A DNA stretch of 64,000 bases. Source: PVC group bacterium. GTDB taxonomy: Bacteria; Omnitrophota; Gorgyraeia; B26-G9. Made by a program: the position numbers and the translations under genes. The stretch's first letter is position 1. Every line of letters begins with the position of its first letter. The DNA lies in contig JAAEQR010000003.1 in assembly GCA_024231215.1 (NCBI GenBank), positions 22,660 to 86,659 on the forward strand. Direction: 5' to 3'. The notes below the pieces were generated by a model. That model searched no databases. It was not told the DNA's origin and saw only the letters and a list, made by a program, of their open reading frames with translations. Of the stretch, positions 1 through 9,252 are shown piece after piece.

Positions 1-1
1 A

Positions 2-481
2 TTGATTGGGTTTAGAAGCGATTTCCTTGTAATGACTAGGGGTAGCGGGATTATGTACCAAAACTTTCTTGAATATCAGACCTATAAAGGCGATCTTCCT
101 ACCCGTCAAAGTGGGGTTCTTGTTTCACATGGAGCAGGTGATGCGGTGGCATACTCGCTTTTTAATTTGCAGCCGCGTGGTGAGATTTTTGTTAAGCCGG
201 GAGTGAAATTATATGAGGGAATGATTGTTGGTGTAAACAACAAGGGAGTTGACCTTGTGGTAAATGCTTTAAAGGGAAAGAAATTAACTAATATGCGTGC
301 TTCAGGAAGTGATGACACGATTTCACTTATTCCTCCTCGGCAAATGACCCTTGAGTTTGCGCTTGAGTTTATTGAGGATGATGAATTGGTTGAGATAACC
401 CCCAAACATATAAGGCTTCGGAAATTGAAATTAACAGAAGTAGATCGTAAAAGGGTGAGCCGCAGCGCTAAATCAAAATAA
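2..481 (+). CDS. typA: GTP-binding protein TypA/BipA, C-terminal part (5' truncated by the window edge)
   Basis: The translation (…GDLPTRQSGVLVSHGAGDAVAYSLFNLQPRGEIFVKPGVKLYEGMIVG…ITPKHIRLRK) matches the conserved TypA/BipA C-terminal domain. The ORF is open to the window start. Confidence 0.75.
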   Translation: MIGFRSDFLVMTRGSGIMYQNFLEYQTYKGDLPTRQSGVLVSHGAGDAVAYSLFNLQPRGEIFVKPGVKLYEGMIVGVNNKGVDLVVNALKGKKLTNMRASGSDDTISLIPPRQMTLEFALEFIEDDELVEITPKHIRLRKLKLTEVDRKRVSRSAKSK

Positions 482-511
482 TAGCATATTTAATATATTA
501 TTATATTTTAG

Positions 512-540
512 TTGACAAGTATTAGAAGTTAGAGTATACT
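512..540 (+). promoter_or_regulatory. sigma70-type promoter: TTGACA (512-517), 17-nt spacer, TATACT (535-540). It sits upstream of the csp gene and is followed by a ~125-nt 5'UTR.
   Basis: Consensus -35 and -10 hexamers with 17-bp spacing are read directly. A long leader is typical of cold-shock genes. Confidence 0.6.
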
Positions 541-664
541 TAATTTTGGTAGTAAATAAGGGAAGTAATGTCTTAGTCCGCAAGGTAGAAGAATATTTGC
601 CTTGCGTTTTTTTGTTTCTGCAATTATTTACTATTATTTTAATAAGAAGGAGGTGTAGTAAGTA

Positions 665-865
665 ATGGCAAAAGGAACAGTAAAATGGTTTAATAGTGCA
701 AAAGGTTTTGGATTTATTACTCCTGAGTCAGGCGATGATGTATTCGTACATCATAGTGCAATTCAGGGTGATGGTTATAAGTCTTTAGACGAAGGCCAGG
801 CAGTTGAGTTTGAAATTCAACAGGGCCCTAAAGGCGAACAAGCCACCAATGTAGTAAAGATATAA
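665..865 (+). CDS. cold-shock protein, CspA family
   Basis: The 66-aa product [21 protein letters not shown]…VFVHHSAI carries the RNP1/RNP2 motifs of the cold-shock domain. A strong AGGAGG RBS is present. Confidence 0.9.
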   Translation: MAKGTVKWFNSAKGFGFITPESGDDVFVHHSAIQGDGYKSLDEGQAVEFEIQQGPKGEQATNVVKI

Positions 866-880
866 TTGGTATGCAAATAA

Positions 881-909
881 GGCCCGGCCAGAAATGTCCG
901 GGCCTTATT
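881..909 (+). terminator. rho-independent terminator (GGCCCGG…CCGGGCC followed by TTATTT)
   Basis: A perfect 7-bp GC stem followed by a T-run lies immediately after the csp stop codon. Confidence 0.8.
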
Positions 910-1087
910 TATAAAACCCAGAATTTACATTAGACCACAGCGAATAGCATTAATCTTTTTAGCTTAAACAAGTTCCAAAAAGCCTCGACGTACTTATGAG
1001 TATGTCTGCATTTTTTGTAACTGTTTAAACTTAAAAATTTTAGCACTTTTCGTCAGTGGTTAACGCAAAATCTAGGTTTATTAAATT

Positions 1088-1126
1088 CCACAGAGGTTTA
1101 GAAGCATTTACCTTGTGGTTTTTTTT
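1088..1126 (+). terminator. orphan intrinsic terminator-like hairpin (CCACAGAGGT…ACCTTGTGG followed by TTTTTTTT)
   Basis: A stem-loop plus a U-run sits ~180 nt downstream of the csp terminator, with no ORF in between. Confidence 0.45.
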
Positions 1127-1156
1127 CGGTTTAATTGTAAGGATGGATAATAGGTT

Positions 1157-2773
1157 ATGATTTCAGCTAATGGTGTGTCGCTGCAGTATGGTCAGCGGAA
1201 GCTTTTTTCAAATGTAAATATAGTTTTTAATCCGGGGAATTGCTATGGACTGATTGGTGCTAATGGTTCTGGTAAGTCTACGTTTTTAAAAATACTTTCG
1301 GGTGAAATTGATTATACAGCCGGGGAAGTTGTTGTTTCTAAGAACCAGCGGGTATCGATTTTAAAACAGGATCAGTTTGCTTTTGACGAATATACGGTAT
1401 TAAATACGGTGATTAGGGGGCATAGTAAGCTGTATGATATTATGACCGAGAAAGATGCTATCTATGCTAACGAAGATTTTACCGAAGAAGATGGGCTTCG
1501 TGTTTCAGATCTTGAGGCTGAGTTTATTGAACTAGACGGATGGAACGCTGAACCTAATGCAGCTAAATTATTAAGTAATCTGGGAATTCCTGAGAAATTT
1601 CATGCAATGCAGATGAAGCAGCTTGAGGCAGGGCAAAAGGTGCGGGTGCTTTTGTCACAAGCGCTATTTGGCAATCCTGATATCCTATTGCTGGATGAAC
1701 CTACGAACCATCTGGATGTTGAAACATGCATGTGGCTTGAGGAGTTTTTGTGTAATTTTGAAAATACAGCTATTGTTGTTTCGCATGACCGTCATTTTTT
1801 AGATAAAGTTTGTACGCATATTGCTGATATTGATTTTGGTAAGATCCAATTGTATTCTGGCAATTTTAGTTTTTGGTCAGAGTCAAGTCAGCTTGCATTG
1901 AGGCAGCGGACTGAATCTAATAAAAAGATAGGTGAGAAGAGAAAAGAATTACAGGAATTTATAGCTCGTTTTAGTGCTAACGCATCTAAATCCAGGCAGG
2001 CGACCAGCCGCAAAAAAACTTTAGAAAAACTTGCCCTTGAGGATATTAAACCGTCTTCCAGGAAATATCCATATATTAATTTTGAAGCTGAACGTGAAGC
2101 GGGTAATAATCTTTTAAGTATAGATGGCTTGTCAAAATCAGTGGATGGACAAGTTATGTTTAATGATTTGACGATACATATTAATAAGGGAGATAAGATT
2201 GCTTTTGTCGGTCAGTATAATCTTGCCAAGTCAGCGTTGTTTCAAATTTTAATGGGGGAGGAACAAACGGATGAAGGTACTTTCAAATGGGGTGCTTCTA
2301 CTAGCAGGGCATATTATCCTAAGGATAGTGCCGAATATTTTGAAGTAGATCTTAATATTGTTGAGTGGCTTAGTCAGTATACAGATAATACTGATCAGAA
2401 TTTTGTACGTGGATTTTTAGGCCGCATGTTGTTTTCCGGGGATGAATCCTTGAAAAAGGTTAAGGTATTATCAGGAGGTGAAAGGGTCAGATGTATGTTA
2501 GCGCGCATGATGTTAGTGCAGGCTAATGTATTAATCCTGGATGAACCGACTAATCATTTGGATTTAGAATCAATTACAGCTTTAAATAGAGGCCTTGAAA
2601 GATTTCCAGGGACTGTTTTCTTTTCTTCCCAGGATCATCAATTAGTGCAGACTGTGGCTAATCGTATTATTGAGATTACTCCGAATGGGTGTGTCGATAG
2701 AGCAGGGACAACATTCGATGAATATCTGTCTAATAAAAATGTTAAGCAAAAACAGCAGCAGCTCTACTCTTAA
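1157..2773 (+). CDS. ABC-F family ATPase with two nucleotide-binding domains and no transmembrane domain. The second NBD is degenerate.
   Basis: The first Walker A is GANGSGKST, and the signature LSGGERVR and DEPTNHLD motifs are present. The second Walker A position reads GQYNLAKS and the H-loop reads SSQDHQ. Confidence 0.8.
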   Translation: MISANGVSLQYGQRKLFSNVNIVFNPGNCYGLIGANGSGKSTFLKILSGEIDYTAGEVVVSKNQRVSILKQDQFAFDEYTVLNTVIRGHSKLYDIMTEKDAIYANEDFTEEDGLRVSDLEAEFIELDGWNAEPNAAKLLSNLGIPEKFHAMQMKQLEAGQKVRVLLSQALFGNPDILLLDEPTNHLDVETCMWLEEFLCNFENTAIVVSHDRHFLDKVCTHIADIDFGKIQLYSGNFSFWSESSQLALRQRTESNKKIGEKRKELQEFIARFSANASKSRQATSRKKTLEKLALEDIKPSSRKYPYINFEAEREAGNNLLSIDGLSKSVDGQVMFNDLTIHINKGDKIAFVGQYNLAKSALFQILMGEEQTDEGTFKWGASTSRAYYPKDSAEYFEVDLNIVEWLSQYTDNTDQNFVRGFLGRMLFSGDESLKKVKVLSGGERVRCMLARMMLVQANVLILDEPTNHLDLESITALNRGLERFPGTVFFSSQDHQLVQTVANRIIEITPNGCVDRAGTTFDEYLSNKNVKQKQQQLYS

Positions 2774-2797
2774 AAGAGCTGTAAATCTCATGATTTT

Positions 2798-2835
2798 AAC
2801 CCCTTGTAATGATATGTTTTGCAGGGGGTTTTTAT
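2798..2835 (+). terminator. putative intrinsic terminator (AACCCCTTG…CAGGGGGTT followed by TTTATTT)
   Basis: An imperfect stem plus a T-run lies downstream of the ABC-F stop codon. Confidence 0.45.
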
Positions 2836-2940
2836 TTGCTTGATATAAGATAAAAAAATGTTGTATGATTGGGGGTTTTGAAGGATAATAACGTGGTTAT
2901 TAAAAATAGGGGATTTGATTCATTGAATAGGAATAAAGCC

Positions 2941-3612
2941 ATGAGAATTTTATTAGTAGAGGATGAAAAGAAAATTGCCAGGTTCATCGAGCGCGGGTTA
3001 AGAGCAAATCGATATGTGGTAGATATTGCTTATACCGGAGAGAATGGGATGGAACTGGCAGAGATTAATCCGTATGATTTGATAATATTGGATATAATGC
3101 TGCCGGGAAAAGATGGGATAACTATTTGCCAGGAATTAAGGGAGTATAAGGTTGATGCTCCGATACTTATGCTTACTGCCAAAAGTGCAGTTGCCGAAAA
3201 AGTACTTGCTTTACAATCAGGAGCGGATGATTATCTGGTTAAGCCTTTTTCTTTTGAAGAGTTTTTGGCCAGGGTCGCGGCTTTATTGAGGCGTCAAAGA
3301 AGAGAGAAGACATCTTTTTTACAGATCGGTGATCTTGTGCTGGATCAGGTGTCGCATAAGGTTTTTAAGGCGGACAAAGAGATTGTTTTGACTCCCAAGG
3401 AGTATAGTCTTCTTGAATATATGATGCTTAATGTTGATCAGGTTGTGACCAGGGTCATGATTTCAGAGCATGTATGGAATGAGGATTTTGACAGCATTTC
3501 AAATCTAATCGATGTCTTTATCAAACATCTACGAAATAAAATTGATCCGACACGCGATAAGCAACTGATTCAAACAATTCGCGGAGTAGGATATGTCTTG
3601 AAAAGCAAGTAA
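2941..3612 (+). CDS. OmpR/PhoB-family response regulator (receiver domain plus winged-helix DNA-binding domain)
   Basis: The start MRILLVEDE… matches the receiver domain. The conserved phospho-acceptor Asp lies in LIILDIMLPGKDG and the C-terminus carries the …IQTIRGVGY motif. The ATG at 2941 is preferred over the upstream in-frame extension listed in the ORF track. Confidence 0.85.
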   Translation: MRILLVEDEKKIARFIERGLRANRYVVDIAYTGENGMELAEINPYDLIILDIMLPGKDGITICQELREYKVDAPILMLTAKSAVAEKVLALQSGADDYLVKPFSFEEFLARVAALLRRQRREKTSFLQIGDLVLDQVSHKVFKADKEIVLTPKEYSLLEYMMLNVDQVVTRVMISEHVWNEDFDSISNLIDVFIKHLRNKIDPTRDKQLIQTIRGVGYVLKSK

Positions 3613-3614
3613 TC

Positions 3615-5096
3615 ATGAAAATCAATTCTATAAAATTTAAAATCTGCGTGCTTTATGTTGGCATATTAGGGCTGATATTGATTTCCTACCGGGGGTTGCT
3701 GTATTACAATTTATACCAAACATTATATCGAGACTCCGATAAACAGTTGATTGCAAAAGTCCGGGAAGTTCATAAAACTCTACGAATTTTTACGGTTCCA
3801 TTCGCAGAATCTAAAAGAGCTGTGATTTTTGGGGCACGAAAAATAATGGGTGTGAACGTAAACTTTCCCGATGAAGAAAAAATGAAAAAATCAGTTGCCG
3901 GATGGGAAAATAGAAGGATGCTGCTGGGGCTGAATCGGGATTATATTAATTTTTTAGATGAAAATGGGAAAACAGTAGTTAGTTCTCCGAATGTTGACCG
4001 AGGCTTAGCTAAGTTTTTGGAAGGATATGTAAGTAAAAAACCCGGCAAGAAGTCATTTTACAATATTGTTTATAAAGAAAGTTTAAATTTAAGAATTATT
4101 GTTCTGCCGGTGAATTTTGGAAAACTGGGCCGCTATACCATCCAGGTAGGAATATCTACCGATCCTATAATCTATATCTTACGCGAGCGCATTAATAAAA
4201 GTGCGATGAGTATCCCCCTGATTCTACTTCTTGCGGTTATTATCAGCTATTTTTTTGTCGGGCAGATTTTAAAGCCGGTAAAGCAACTTACAAAAATTGC
4301 GAATGATATTTCTCGCGGTAATTTAACAGCAAGAGTAAAAGTAGAGAATGTCGACGCAGAAATGAAATATCTTGCTGAATCTTTTAATGATATGTTGTCA
4401 CGTTTAGAGAAGGCTTTTACTTATGCGGGAGAATTTAGTTCATATATAGCACATGAATTAAGAACCCCTCTGACTATAATTAAAGGAGAGACAGAAGTTG
4501 CTTTAAAAACTGTCAGAAGTTTTGAAGAATGTACTAGTGTAATGGAATCGAATTTACAGGAAGTTGATAAGATTCTTGAAATCATTGACCATTTGTTATT
4601 ACTCTCAGATATTAATTTTCGCAAAGAGGCGGTAGGAGTTGAGCCATTAGATATATTAGAATTCATCAATGATATCAAAGAAAAAGCAGTACTGCTTGCC
4701 GTGCAAAAAGATATTAGTATGAAGTTTGATGTGCCGCAGGATAAAATTATGATCATGGCAAATGAAATGGAATTAAGACGATTGTTGCTTAATCTTATAG
4801 ATAATGCAATTAAGTTTACCCCCTTAAAAGGGACCATTGACCTGAGTGTTAAATGTGAGAATAAAAAAGTGTTTATTGCTATTCGTGATTCAGGTGTTGG
4901 TATTAACTCAGAAGAAATTTCCAAGATATTCAATAAATCATACCGTTCTGCTCAAGCTGAAGGAAATGCTAAGACAGGCAGCGGCTTGGGGCTGGCTATT
5001 GCACAATCTATTGCTAGAATGCACCAGGGGCATATTGAAGTGAAAAGTGTGCCTATGCAAGGCGCTGTATTCACTGTAATATTACCTATCCTCTAA
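3615..5096 (+). CDS. sensor histidine kinase (two transmembrane segments, HAMP, HisKA, HATPase_c)
   Basis: The H-box is HELRTPLT, the N-box is LIDNAIKFT, and the G-boxes are DSGVGI and GSGLGLAI. It starts 3 nt after the regulator's stop codon. Confidence 0.85.
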   Translation: MKINSIKFKICVLYVGILGLILISYRGLLYYNLYQTLYRDSDKQLIAKVREVHKTLRIFTVPFAESKRAVIFGARKIMGVNVNFPDEEKMKKSVAGWENRRMLLGLNRDYINFLDENGKTVVSSPNVDRGLAKFLEGYVSKKPGKKSFYNIVYKESLNLRIIVLPVNFGKLGRYTIQVGISTDPIIYILRERINKSAMSIPLILLLAVIISYFFVGQILKPVKQLTKIANDISRGNLTARVKVENVDAEMKYLAESFNDMLSRLEKAFTYAGEFSSYIAHELRTPLTIIKGETEVALKTVRSFEECTSVMESNLQEVDKILEIIDHLLLLSDINFRKEAVGVEPLDILEFINDIKEKAVLLAVQKDISMKFDVPQDKIMIMANEMELRRLLLNLIDNAIKFTPLKGTIDLSVKCENKKVFIAIRDSGVGINSEEISKIFNKSYRSAQAEGNAKTGSGLGLAIAQSIARMHQGHIEVKSVPMQGAVFTVILPIL

Positions 5097-5230
5097 ATCT
5101 CATCGCTTTATTTTTCCAAAGATTAAAAAAAATTCATCTTATTTTCACCTTCTCTTAATGATTGTTTAGATATAATTAATTATGAAAGAGATAAGGTATT
5201 ATTTGTGATTTCCAGGTTCAAGGAAGAAAA

Positions 5231-7768
5231 ATGGAAATAAGATATATTAAACAAGTTATTTTAGTTTTAGGAATGATAATGTGTGTGTGCGGTATCGTAA
5301 GAGATTGTACTGTTTTTGCTGCTAATCTAATGCTACCTGATAACTATTCATTTGAGATCATTATTAACCAATTTGATGACGAGGCTCCTATAGTGCAAGG
5401 GTGTGTTCCGGAAGTAAATGCCGCAGATGTTCCTCGTTCTACAAATATTCAAATGAATATTATCGATGGCAGCTCCGCAGTAGATATCAATTCCATAGAC
5501 CTTGAGGTGAACGGGGTTACAATTATTAATAATGGGATTACACAGATGTATCAGGATATTAACGGTGATATGCTTGCGTATGCGGCGGAGATCATCGAGA
5601 AAACTCCTAATGAATATATACTGATGTATGATCCAGAGGAATATCTTAATTATGAAGAAGATATTATAGTTAGTATAAGTGCAACTGATTTCGAGGGGAA
5701 TGTTCTTAATGGATACAGCTATGCTTTTAGAACGCAAAATTTCATGACCGGTTCATTTACTTCATTTGGCAGTGGCGGGACATTTGATTTTTCGATTGAA
5801 GGAGTGGAAGTGCAGACTGCGTTAACGCAATCTCTACAGGGGAATTCGTTTGTGAAAACTTCAAAGGACGGAAAATGTGTTTTTATTTGCTGGGAGCAGT
5901 TTTCTGTGAACGGGGTCTGGAATATTTACTGTGCGCGGTCAACTGATTTTGGTAAGAGTTTTGAAATGCCAGTTATGGTAAATCCTGCAGCAGTAGAATC
6001 AGAACAACGTTTTCCTGCGCTAGCGATTGATAGTGCAGATAATGTGTATATTTCCTGGCAGCAGAGATCATTGCTAGGAGATTGGGATATTTATATCTCG
6101 AAGATGGATAGTAGTGAAAGTGTGTTTGGTGATAGCTATTGTGTTTATGAAGATTTTGGGGGATCGGATCAAATCCATCCGTCAATTGCAGTTGGTCCGG
6201 CATTAACGGGGGATGGCAATCCTGCGACTTTAGAACCAGCTACTGTATATGTAGTATGGGTAGAAGATAATGGAACTGTTACGCAGATTTTTTATAACCG
6301 GACGACTGCAAATTATGGTGATCTTTGGTATGAGTTTGTACCTGTTAGCATCCGGGTGGATGATTATCGAGGGACGCAAATGCCGGCTGATCCGGAAATA
6401 AAAATAGATGACAGCGGTAGGACTTTTGTGGCTTGGAGAGGTGCAAATACCAATGATACATCGAGTCTATATTTCGATTATGCGAGTGCGATTCCCATAG
6501 ATGGCGGGGAGAGTTTTGGGTATGATGTGAGAGTTACTAGTGAGACTGCCGAAAATATTGGGGTGGATATAGCAGTATCATCTGATGGCAATAATGTTTA
6601 TCTGGTTTGGAAAGAATTAAAACAAGGGCTGAGCCGGCTTAAATTTTCTTATTACCGCTATAGTGGTTGGCGGTATGTGTTAACAGCGGATAGATATGTT
6701 AATGCTAATGCTTTAAATAATGAGGACTTGGGAGATTATGCGTTATCTATAGATAATGGTCGAGATGTATCGGTGGTATGGAGCGAGGTACGCTCAGGTA
6801 ACCGGAAGATTTGTATGGCCGGGGCATCATACAATAGTTATCAATTTTCTGAATATACCGCGCTTAGCACTCCCGGAGAACAGAAAAATCCTTCTGTGTC
6901 CATGGATGAAAATGGCGGACATTATTATGTTAGTTGGACGGATAATAGTAATGGCTATGATGCGATTTATTTTTGTCGGAATACATTTATAGTAACTGAT
7001 GAGATTACTTCTCAAAAAATAGAAAATGATATTGGTGGAACAATTACGGTTGATAGCGGAGCAATTGCCGGAACTATCCTTGATGTCCCAGCAGACGCAA
7101 TTGAAGCACCGATTACGATTACAATAACCGAAGTGGTGGGAGCCCCGGATGCTACGGCTGGTCTTATAAGGGTGGGTAGTGTCATTGATGTTGGGCCAGG
7201 GCAAACATTTTTTAATCTCCCGGCAAAAATAGAGATTCCTTATAAAGAAAATGATTTTATTGTCTCCGGCGTAAGTGATGAATTTTCTTTGCAGATTTAT
7301 TATTATAATATTGGTAAACTCTCTTGGGAAATCTTGCCTGGGAATTTGGTAGATATAGATAATAATAGTATTGCGGGTAATATATCTAATCTGTCGATGT
7401 ATATGATCGCCGGAGCCGATGCAGAGCAAATTCCGGATCCGAGTCCTCCTCCGTTACCGGATGATGGGCCTCCTCAGGGTGGAGAAGATAGTGAGAATAA
7501 CGGCAACGGCAATGGCGGAGGCGGTGGAGGAGGTTGTTTTATTGCGACCGCAGCGTTTGGAACAAAAATGGAGAATGAAGTGATCATCCTGTGCGAGTTT
7601 AGAGACCGCTATTTACTGACTAATGTACAGGGGAAGAAGTTTGTTAGAGAGTATTACCGATATAGTCCTCCGATGGCTGATTATATTGCGCAGCATGACG
7701 GATTAAGAGCAGTGAGTAGAGTTTACTTGACCCCTTTAGTGTTTTTAGCTAGAATGGTTTGTCAGTAG
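5231..7768 (+). CDS. large secreted BNR/Asp-box repeat protein with a Gly-rich linker and a C-terminal Cys-containing 'CFIATAAFG…FRDRYLL' module
   Basis: It has a signal peptide and repeated SxDxGxT/S-W/F motifs ([26 protein letters not shown]). A poly-G/N linker (GNGNGGGGGGG) precedes a conserved C-terminal module that I recognise as a recurrent C-terminal domain on diverse secreted proteins. Confidence 0.6.
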   Translation: MEIRYIKQVILVLGMIMCVCGIVRDCTVFAANLMLPDNYSFEIIINQFDDEAPIVQGCVPEVNAADVPRSTNIQMNIIDGSSAVDINSIDLEVNGVTIINNGITQMYQDINGDMLAYAAEIIEKTPNEYILMYDPEEYLNYEEDIIVSISATDFEGNVLNGYSYAFRTQNFMTGSFTSFGSGGTFDFSIEGVEVQTALTQSLQGNSFVKTSKDGKCVFICWEQFSVNGVWNIYCARSTDFGKSFEMPVMVNPAAVESEQRFPALAIDSADNVYISWQQRSLLGDWDIYISKMDSSESVFGDSYCVYEDFGGSDQIHPSIAVGPALTGDGNPATLEPATVYVVWVEDNGTVTQIFYNRTTANYGDLWYEFVPVSIRVDDYRGTQMPADPEIKIDDSGRTFVAWRGANTNDTSSLYFDYASAIPIDGGESFGYDVRVTSETAENIGVDIAVSSDGNNVYLVWKELKQGLSRLKFSYYRYSGWRYVLTADRYVNANALNNEDLGDYALSIDNGRDVSVVWSEVRSGNRKICMAGASYNSYQFSEYTALSTPGEQKNPSVSMDENGGHYYVSWTDNSNGYDAIYFCRNTFIVTDEITSQKIENDIGGTITVDSGAIAGTILDVPADAIEAPITITITEVVGAPDATAGLIRVGSVIDVGPGQTFFNLPAKIEIPYKENDFIVSGVSDEFSLQIYYYNIGKLSWEILPGNLVDIDNNSIAGNISNLSMYMIAGADAEQIPDPSPPPLPDDGPPQGGEDSENNGNGNGGGGGGGCFIATAAFGTKMENEVIILCEFRDRYLLTNVQGKKFVREYYRYSPPMADYIAQHDGLRAVSRVYLTPLVFLARMVCQ
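7495..7545 (+). repeat. simple GGC/AAC-rich repeat encoding the Gly/Asn linker
   Basis: GGCAACGGCAACGGCAATGGCGGAGGCGGTGGAGGAGG lies inside the BNR-repeat protein CDS. Confidence 0.7.
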
Positions 7769-7804
7769 CATGTTGGCGTGAACCTACACATAAAGGTTAA
7801 TTAT

Positions 7805-8275
7805 ATGAAAAACTCTCAGAAAATAATGATATGGTTTCTTCCTGTAATTGTTATTGGTGGGCTATTTAATCCTTTGCTTGGTTATTTAGTCTTGGCAATG
7901 ATGGTGTTTTTATTAATCATGTCTTTTTTTAAAGGGCGATACTGGTGTTGGAATCTATGTCCCAGAGGTGCTTTTTTAGATATTGTATTATCGAAAGTTA
8001 GTGCTAAAAAGCCTTTGCCTAGGCTTGTCACAAAGCAATGGTTTCGCTGGATAATATTTGTTTTATTTATGAGTTTTTTGACGGTTCGAATTATTAGTAC
8101 CGGTGGAAATTACATTGCCATAGGTTTAGTTTTTGTGGTGATGTGCACAATAACAACTGTTATCTCAATTGTTATCGGTGTTGCCACAAAGCATAGGGGA
8201 TGGTGTATGATATGTCCCATGGGAACTCTTCAGGAGAAAATTCATAAAATAAATCAATCTTCCAAAAAACAATAA
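7805..8275 (+). CDS. small polytopic membrane protein with two CxxxCP motifs (Fer4_5-like 4Fe-4S-binding membrane protein)
   Basis: The motifs CWNLCPRG and CMICPMG lie between hydrophobic helices. The ATG at 7805, with an AAAGG RBS, is preferred over the GTG at 7778. Confidence 0.45.
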   Translation: MKNSQKIMIWFLPVIVIGGLFNPLLGYLVLAMMVFLLIMSFFKGRYWCWNLCPRGAFLDIVLSKVSAKKPLPRLVTKQWFRWIIFVLFMSFLTVRIISTGGNYIAIGLVFVVMCTITTVISIVIGVATKHRGWCMICPMGTLQEKIHKINQSSKKQ

Positions 8276-8291
8276 TCGTTAGATTTATAAG

Positions 8292-8328
8292 GGAGGGGAG
8301 CTCAGAAAGAGTTCCCCCTTTTCTTTTG
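8292..8328 (+). terminator. intrinsic terminator (GGGGAGCTC…GAGTTCCCCC followed by TTTTCTTTT)
   Basis: A GC-rich stem with one mismatch plus a T-run lies after the 7805-8275 gene. Confidence 0.6.
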
Positions 8329-8382
8329 ACTTTTCCCCCGGAACATGATACAAGAATAATATCATTTTAAATAGAAGGGATT

Positions 8383-9204
8383 TTGAAATTGGATATAATG
8401 TTAGAAGAAAAATTTGAAAAATTGAAGTCAATGCTAGCTTCGATGCAAAGCATCTTGATTGCATACTCCGGAGGGGTGGATAGTGCATTTTTGCTTAAAG
8501 CTGCGTCTTTAGTTGTTCCTGATAGTATTATGGCGGTAACTGCGGAATCTCCAACATATCCTTCCGGGGAAAAAGATAATGCGAAAGAAATTGCAAATAA
8601 TCTGGGTATCAGGCATATTTTAGTGAAGATTGATGAACTGGCTAATCCGGATTTTGTGAAAAATAATAAGGATCGGTGTTATTGGTGCAAAAAAGAGCTT
8701 TTTACAAAGTTCCTCGATATTGCTAAAGAGGAAAATTTAAAATATGTAGTCGAGGCAAGTAATTATGACGATACATTTGATTATCGTCCGGGGCTTAAGG
8801 CAGTAAAAGAGTTAGAGATAAGAAGCCCATTGATTGATCTGAAATTTACCAAGGATGAAATCAGGGAGGTGTCTAAATCGCTAGGGCTTTCAACGTGGAG
8901 TAAGCCTTCCATGGCTTGCCTATCTTCTCGATTTCCTTACGGAACGAAAATAACAGAAGAAGCTCTTAATCGTATAGACAAAGCGGAGATGTTTTTAAGG
9001 CAGGAAGGGTTTTCTCAGGTCAGGGTCCGACATTATGATGATCTGGCGCGAATTGAAGTTCCGGAAGAAGAATTGCCTAAATTACTGCAGGAACAGACAA
9101 GAAAGAAGATAATAGCTGAATTTAAAAAATTCGGATATGTTTATGTGACGATTGATATAGAAGGATATAGAAGTGGTAGTATGAATTTGGTGGATATGGG
9201 ATGA
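8383..9204 (+). CDS. PP-loop ATP pyrophosphatase, LarE/TIGR00268-like sulfur transferase family
   Basis: The PP-loop SGGVDS is present, with conserved Cys in CYWCKK and MACLSSRFPYG. The start codon appears to be TTG. Confidence 0.6.
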   Translation: MKLDIMLEEKFEKLKSMLASMQSILIAYSGGVDSAFLLKAASLVVPDSIMAVTAESPTYPSGEKDNAKEIANNLGIRHILVKIDELANPDFVKNNKDRCYWCKKELFTKFLDIAKEENLKYVVEASNYDDTFDYRPGLKAVKELEIRSPLIDLKFTKDEIREVSKSLGLSTWSKPSMACLSSRFPYGTKITEEALNRIDKAEMFLRQEGFSQVRVRHYDDLARIEVPEEELPKLLQEQTRKKIIAEFKKFGYVYVTIDIEGYRSGSMNLVDMG

Positions 9205-9252
9205 TGTCCTAAGACGCGATATGTCGCGTCTCTACGTATTGGATGATTGGGT

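Noticed and set aside
106-405. Antisense ORF of 99 aa inside the typA fragment. The same applies to many other short - strand ORFs nested in long + strand genes, for example 4421-4933, 5348-5737, 6827-7429, 18848-19120, 29964-30359, 49718-50194 and 59731-60048.
   Set aside because: They are fully embedded in much longer ORFs that have clear protein-family signatures. Their composition is low-complexity (S/I/F/L-rich), they have no RBS, and they show no conserved motifs.
900-1150. Searched the ORF-free spacers at 900-1150, 19590-19770 and 21075-21320 for tRNA genes or an IS element.
   Set aside because: There is no cloverleaf-compatible GTGGC…TTCGA…TGGCA pattern. There are no terminal inverted repeats and no transposase-like ORF anywhere in the window.
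7495-7545. A GGC/AAC-rich simple repeat considered as a CRISPR or contingency locus.
   Set aside because: It is in-frame coding for the Gly/Asn linker of the BNR-repeat protein. There are no spacer-repeat alternation and no nearby cas genes.
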